Positions 21,818 to 24,000 of a stretch of 24,000 bases of DNA are shown here, one piece after another (position 1 is the first letter of the stretch; each line of letters starts with the position of its first letter). Below the pieces are notes generated by a model, which saw nothing but the letters and a program-made list of their open reading frames with translations, was not told where the DNA came from and did no database searches. The DNA comes from Desulfobulbaceae bacterium (GTDB lineage: Bacteria > Desulfobacterota > Desulfobulbia > Desulfobulbales > Desulfobulbaceae), in the NCBI GenBank assembly GCA_011391865.1, contig JAABPV010000003.1, forward strand, positions 14,726 through 38,725, in the 5' to 3' direction. A program made the translations under genes and the position numbers.

Positions 21818-22444
21818 TCAGATGCCAGAGTGCTTTTCATTTTTCCCGCTCCGCCGAAACCCCTTCCCCAGCACAAACACCTCGCGGCTTTCCACGCGGG
21901 AGCTTTGCGGCTTGATCACCTTGACCTCAACGAAATGCGCTTTGCATTCTTCGACAAAGGCAGGGAAATCCTCGCCCTGAAAGACCTTGCAATAGAAACT
22001 GCCGTTCTCATGCAGCAGCAGCCCGGCGATTTCCAAGGCCCGGCGCACAAGCCGCAGCGACTGCTGATGGTCAGCGAAGCGGCTGCCGGTGGTGGAAGGG
22101 GCCATGTCGCTGATCAGGACATGAAAGCCGGGCCACTGCTTGCGCAGCTCGGCAATCAGCTCGTCGGAATAAACATCATAACAAAGCCAGTGAATTTCGG
22201 CATGGTCTTTCTGCGCCGGAATGTCCGTGTGCTGAATGTCAACCCCGGCCACCACGCCGCCTTCGCCGATGATCTTGGCCGTGTAGAGGCTCCAGCTGCC
22301 CGGATGACAGCCCAAATCCAGCACTCGCTGCTTGCGCTTGAGGAACTTGTGCTTGTTCTGCGCCTCTTCCAGCTTATATACCGAGCGGGCCGGATAATTA
22401 TCCTTCTTCGCCTTATGAAAATAGAAATCTTGTTCTTTGCGCAT
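21818..22444 (-). CDS. rlmE: 23S rRNA (uridine-2'-O)-methyltransferase RlmE/FtsJ
   Basis: ...YPARSVYKLEEAQNKHKFLKRKQRVLDLGCHPGSWS ... VLISDMAPSTTG ... FYCKVFQGEDF ... KPQSSRVESREVFVLG. FtsJ SAM-methyltransferase motifs. Confidence 0.85.
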   Translation of the reverse strand: MRKEQDFYFHKAKKDNYPARSVYKLEEAQNKHKFLKRKQRVLDLGCHPGSWSLYTAKIIGEGGVVAGVDIQHTDIPAQKDHAEIHWLCYDVYSDELIAELRKQWPGFHVLISDMAPSTTGSRFADHQQSLRLVRRALEIAGLLLHENGSFYCKVFQGEDFPAFVEECKAHFVEVKVIKPQSSRVESREVFVLGKGFRRSGKNEKHSGI

Positions 22445-22468
22445 GAGAAAATGAATTATAGAGATTGC

Positions 22469-23440
22469 TTAACTACGCTGAATAATTTGTTCCGGGTTAT
22501 TTTTTTGGATGTCCAAAATTTTTTTTGTCACGTTCAGCCAATCTACTCCAAATCTTTTTTTGTTCTCTGGAAAAATATCCATCATAAATATTGCGTCCCA
22601 TCCTTGCTGTGTTATGTTAGCTTGGAAGGATGGAGAATATGCTTCTGCAAGCCTTCTCTTTTCTTCTGGTGACAACCTTTTTTTCTTGTTTTCCTTGAGA
22701 AATTGCTCACGCGTCCGATTCATTCTTGCGACTCGCTGATCTTCTCGCATTGAAACAATTAAATTTTCTAACATTTCATCATAGAGAAGAACAGGAAATA
22801 TTGTTCTGTCAATTTTGCAATTTACTTCATTAGATGCACTAACTATAGCATCGTCAAAATTTGTTGGTTGATCTGATAAACGTCTATAAAACTCTTGCGT
22901 CGAATCGAGAACCTGTTTTGGTTTTAAATCATCATAAGGCCCTGCGATCACAAGGGCAGGAGCTGTTAGCCTTGATTCTTTCAATGCCTTAACAAAGGTT
23001 AAAATCCCTGCATATCCTTGACAAGCTGCGATCAAGACGATCAAATTAAATCGCGTTGCAATATTCAATCTTTGAAGAGGGTTAGTTAATTCATCCCATG
23101 TCAGCCCATTTACTCCTTTTTCTCTGTCCGACAATCCTTTCGTTGAACCATGCGCCTCAAGGTGAATAAGCGGAATTATTCCGTGATGCTCGGCATCTGT
23201 CGCGGCCCGCTCTATCGCGGCTAGCACTTCATCTTTGCTTGAACATTTCCAATATATTGATTGAAAATATTTATATTCCTGCATCCGTTTATGCAGCTCT
23301 CTCCCTGTATGAGGGTCATTTGACGACAACCACTCTATAATCCAAATATGTGTTGGCCTCTTGAAATAACCTTCCTTTGGCAATCCGTAAAGCTCGTCTA
23401 TCAATTTTTGTTCATCTTCTGTCAATTTAATGTTATCCAT
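22469..23440 (-). CDS. AT-rich hypothetical protein with a caspase/CHAT-like His-Cys dyad arrangement
   Basis: 323-aa ORF with an ATG start and a visibly lower GC content than its neighbours. IIPLIHLEAH97GSTKGL and FNLIVLIAAC140QGYAG each follow a hydrophobic strand, as in clan CD peptidases (xHG ... xxC-x-G). The C-terminal part is Lys/Arg/Glu-rich and helical. Confidence 0.6.
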   Translation of the reverse strand: MDNIKLTEDEQKLIDELYGLPKEGYFKRPTHIWIIEWLSSNDPHTGRELHKRMQEYKYFQSIYWKCSSKDEVLAAIERAATDAEHHGIIPLIHLEAHGSTKGLSDREKGVNGLTWDELTNPLQRLNIATRFNLIVLIAACQGYAGILTFVKALKESRLTAPALVIAGPYDDLKPKQVLDSTQEFYRRLSDQPTNFDDAIVSASNEVNCKIDRTIFPVLLYDEMLENLIVSMREDQRVARMNRTREQFLKENKKKRLSPEEKRRLAEAYSPSFQANITQQGWDAIFMMDIFPENKKRFGVDWLNVTKKILDIQKNNPEQIIQRS

Positions 23441-23502
23441 TTCAAGTTATTGAATAATTGTTTATTTTCGCCGCAGTCGCAGCAACCTACGCCTCCGCTT
23501 CT

Positions 23503-23712
23503 TTATCCCCTCTCAGCATAGATTTCATCGCGGTCGCAATGAAGCTCCTCTCCAATAGGAAACTTTTTGACTTTAAATACTTTTCGGCGGCACTGATTGG
23601 ACAGGCTCGATTTTATATCCTCTTTCAACGACTGCAAGATAATCTCAATCAGCTGAATTCGCTCAGTCAGCGGCGCATGTTGGATCTGCGCAAGCATATC
23701 TTTGGCAACCAT
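23503..23712 (-). CDS. Small protein resembling 'addiction module component' antitoxin-like proteins
   Basis: MVAKDMLAQIQHAPLTERIQLIEIILQSLKEDI... resembles the LsxxERlxLixxLwxSL motif of that family. ATG 23712 is preceded by AAGGAAGAGAG. The track's longer start at 23763 lacks an RBS. Confidence 0.45.
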   Translation of the reverse strand: MVAKDMLAQIQHAPLTERIQLIEIILQSLKEDIKSSLSNQCRRKVFKVKKFPIGEELHCDRDEIYAERG

Positions 23713-23793
23713 GATCTCTCTTCCTTTTCTGTTCAGGAAATTTCTGCTCCCATGCCGAAACACGGGAGCAGAACGTCAACATAAACCAATTCC

Positions 23794-24000
23794 TCACAGC
23801 ACCGCTGTCACAATATTGCTTGGCGCGCCCTCGCCCGCGTTGTTGATGGCGATGACGCGGTATTCCCATTCCTTGCCGCGCTCCTGATTGTTGAGCGTGA
23901 TCTCGGTTTCAACCGATATCCCGGCCAATTTCCAATCACCTTCAGCCCGCTCGCGCCGCTCGATTTTGTAGGAGGCCGCTGCGCCGCCGTCCGCAGGCTT
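23794..24000 (-). CDS. C-terminal end of a fibronectin type III domain protein (5' end outside the window)
   Basis: My own minus-strand translation: KPADGGAAASYKIERRERAEGDWKLAGISVETEITLNNQERGKEWEYRVIAINNAGEGAPSNIVTAVL*. This is a classic FN3 C-terminal strand pattern (Y.VRV.A.N..G.G..S). Confidence 0.6.
   Translation of the reverse strand, partial: KPADGGAAASYKIERRERAEGDWKLAGISVETEITLNNQERGKEWEYRVIAINNAGEGAPSNIVTAVL

Overview
GC-rich bacterial chromosomal window. By gene content it may be Desulfobacterota-like, but I cannot verify this. Housekeeping genes: a partial FAD-dependent oxidoreductase, tRNA-Arg(ACG), a FabH-like ketosynthase, an S4-domain protein, an SdhC-like cytochrome b, livM, livG, a DenV-like glycosylase, ruvC, yebC, hicAB, rlmE and a partial FN3-domain protein. 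Several accessory insertions interrupt them. (1) Main candidate: about 7 kb sits between livM (ends 11555) and livG (starts 18538). It encodes a small Trypco2-like protein, a trypsin-like serine protease fused to a SIR2-like domain whose expected catalytic Asn and His appear replaced, and a 1498-aa nSTAND-type NTPase followed by a predicted TM helix and 17 near-identical HEAT-like repeats. The whole 349-bp gap between the protease and NTPase genes is filled by a 21-bp-period array of dyad-symmetric units. (2) A second, unrelated-sequence 21-bp-period palindromic array (4111-4383) lies in a non-coding segment bounded by inverted repeats. (3) A decayed island sits at tRNA-Arg, flanked by a direct repeat of the tRNA 3' end plus terminator. 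It has no integrase and carries a DUF3800-like fragment and an AT-rich RDD-domain membrane gene. (4) Two tandem paralogs encode Sec-exported, extremely Cys-rich proteins with a conserved C-terminal beta-barrel-like domain and matching promoters. (5) An AT-rich islet carries a protein with a caspase-like His/Cys dyad. All family assignments come from reading motifs by eye. No database search was run.
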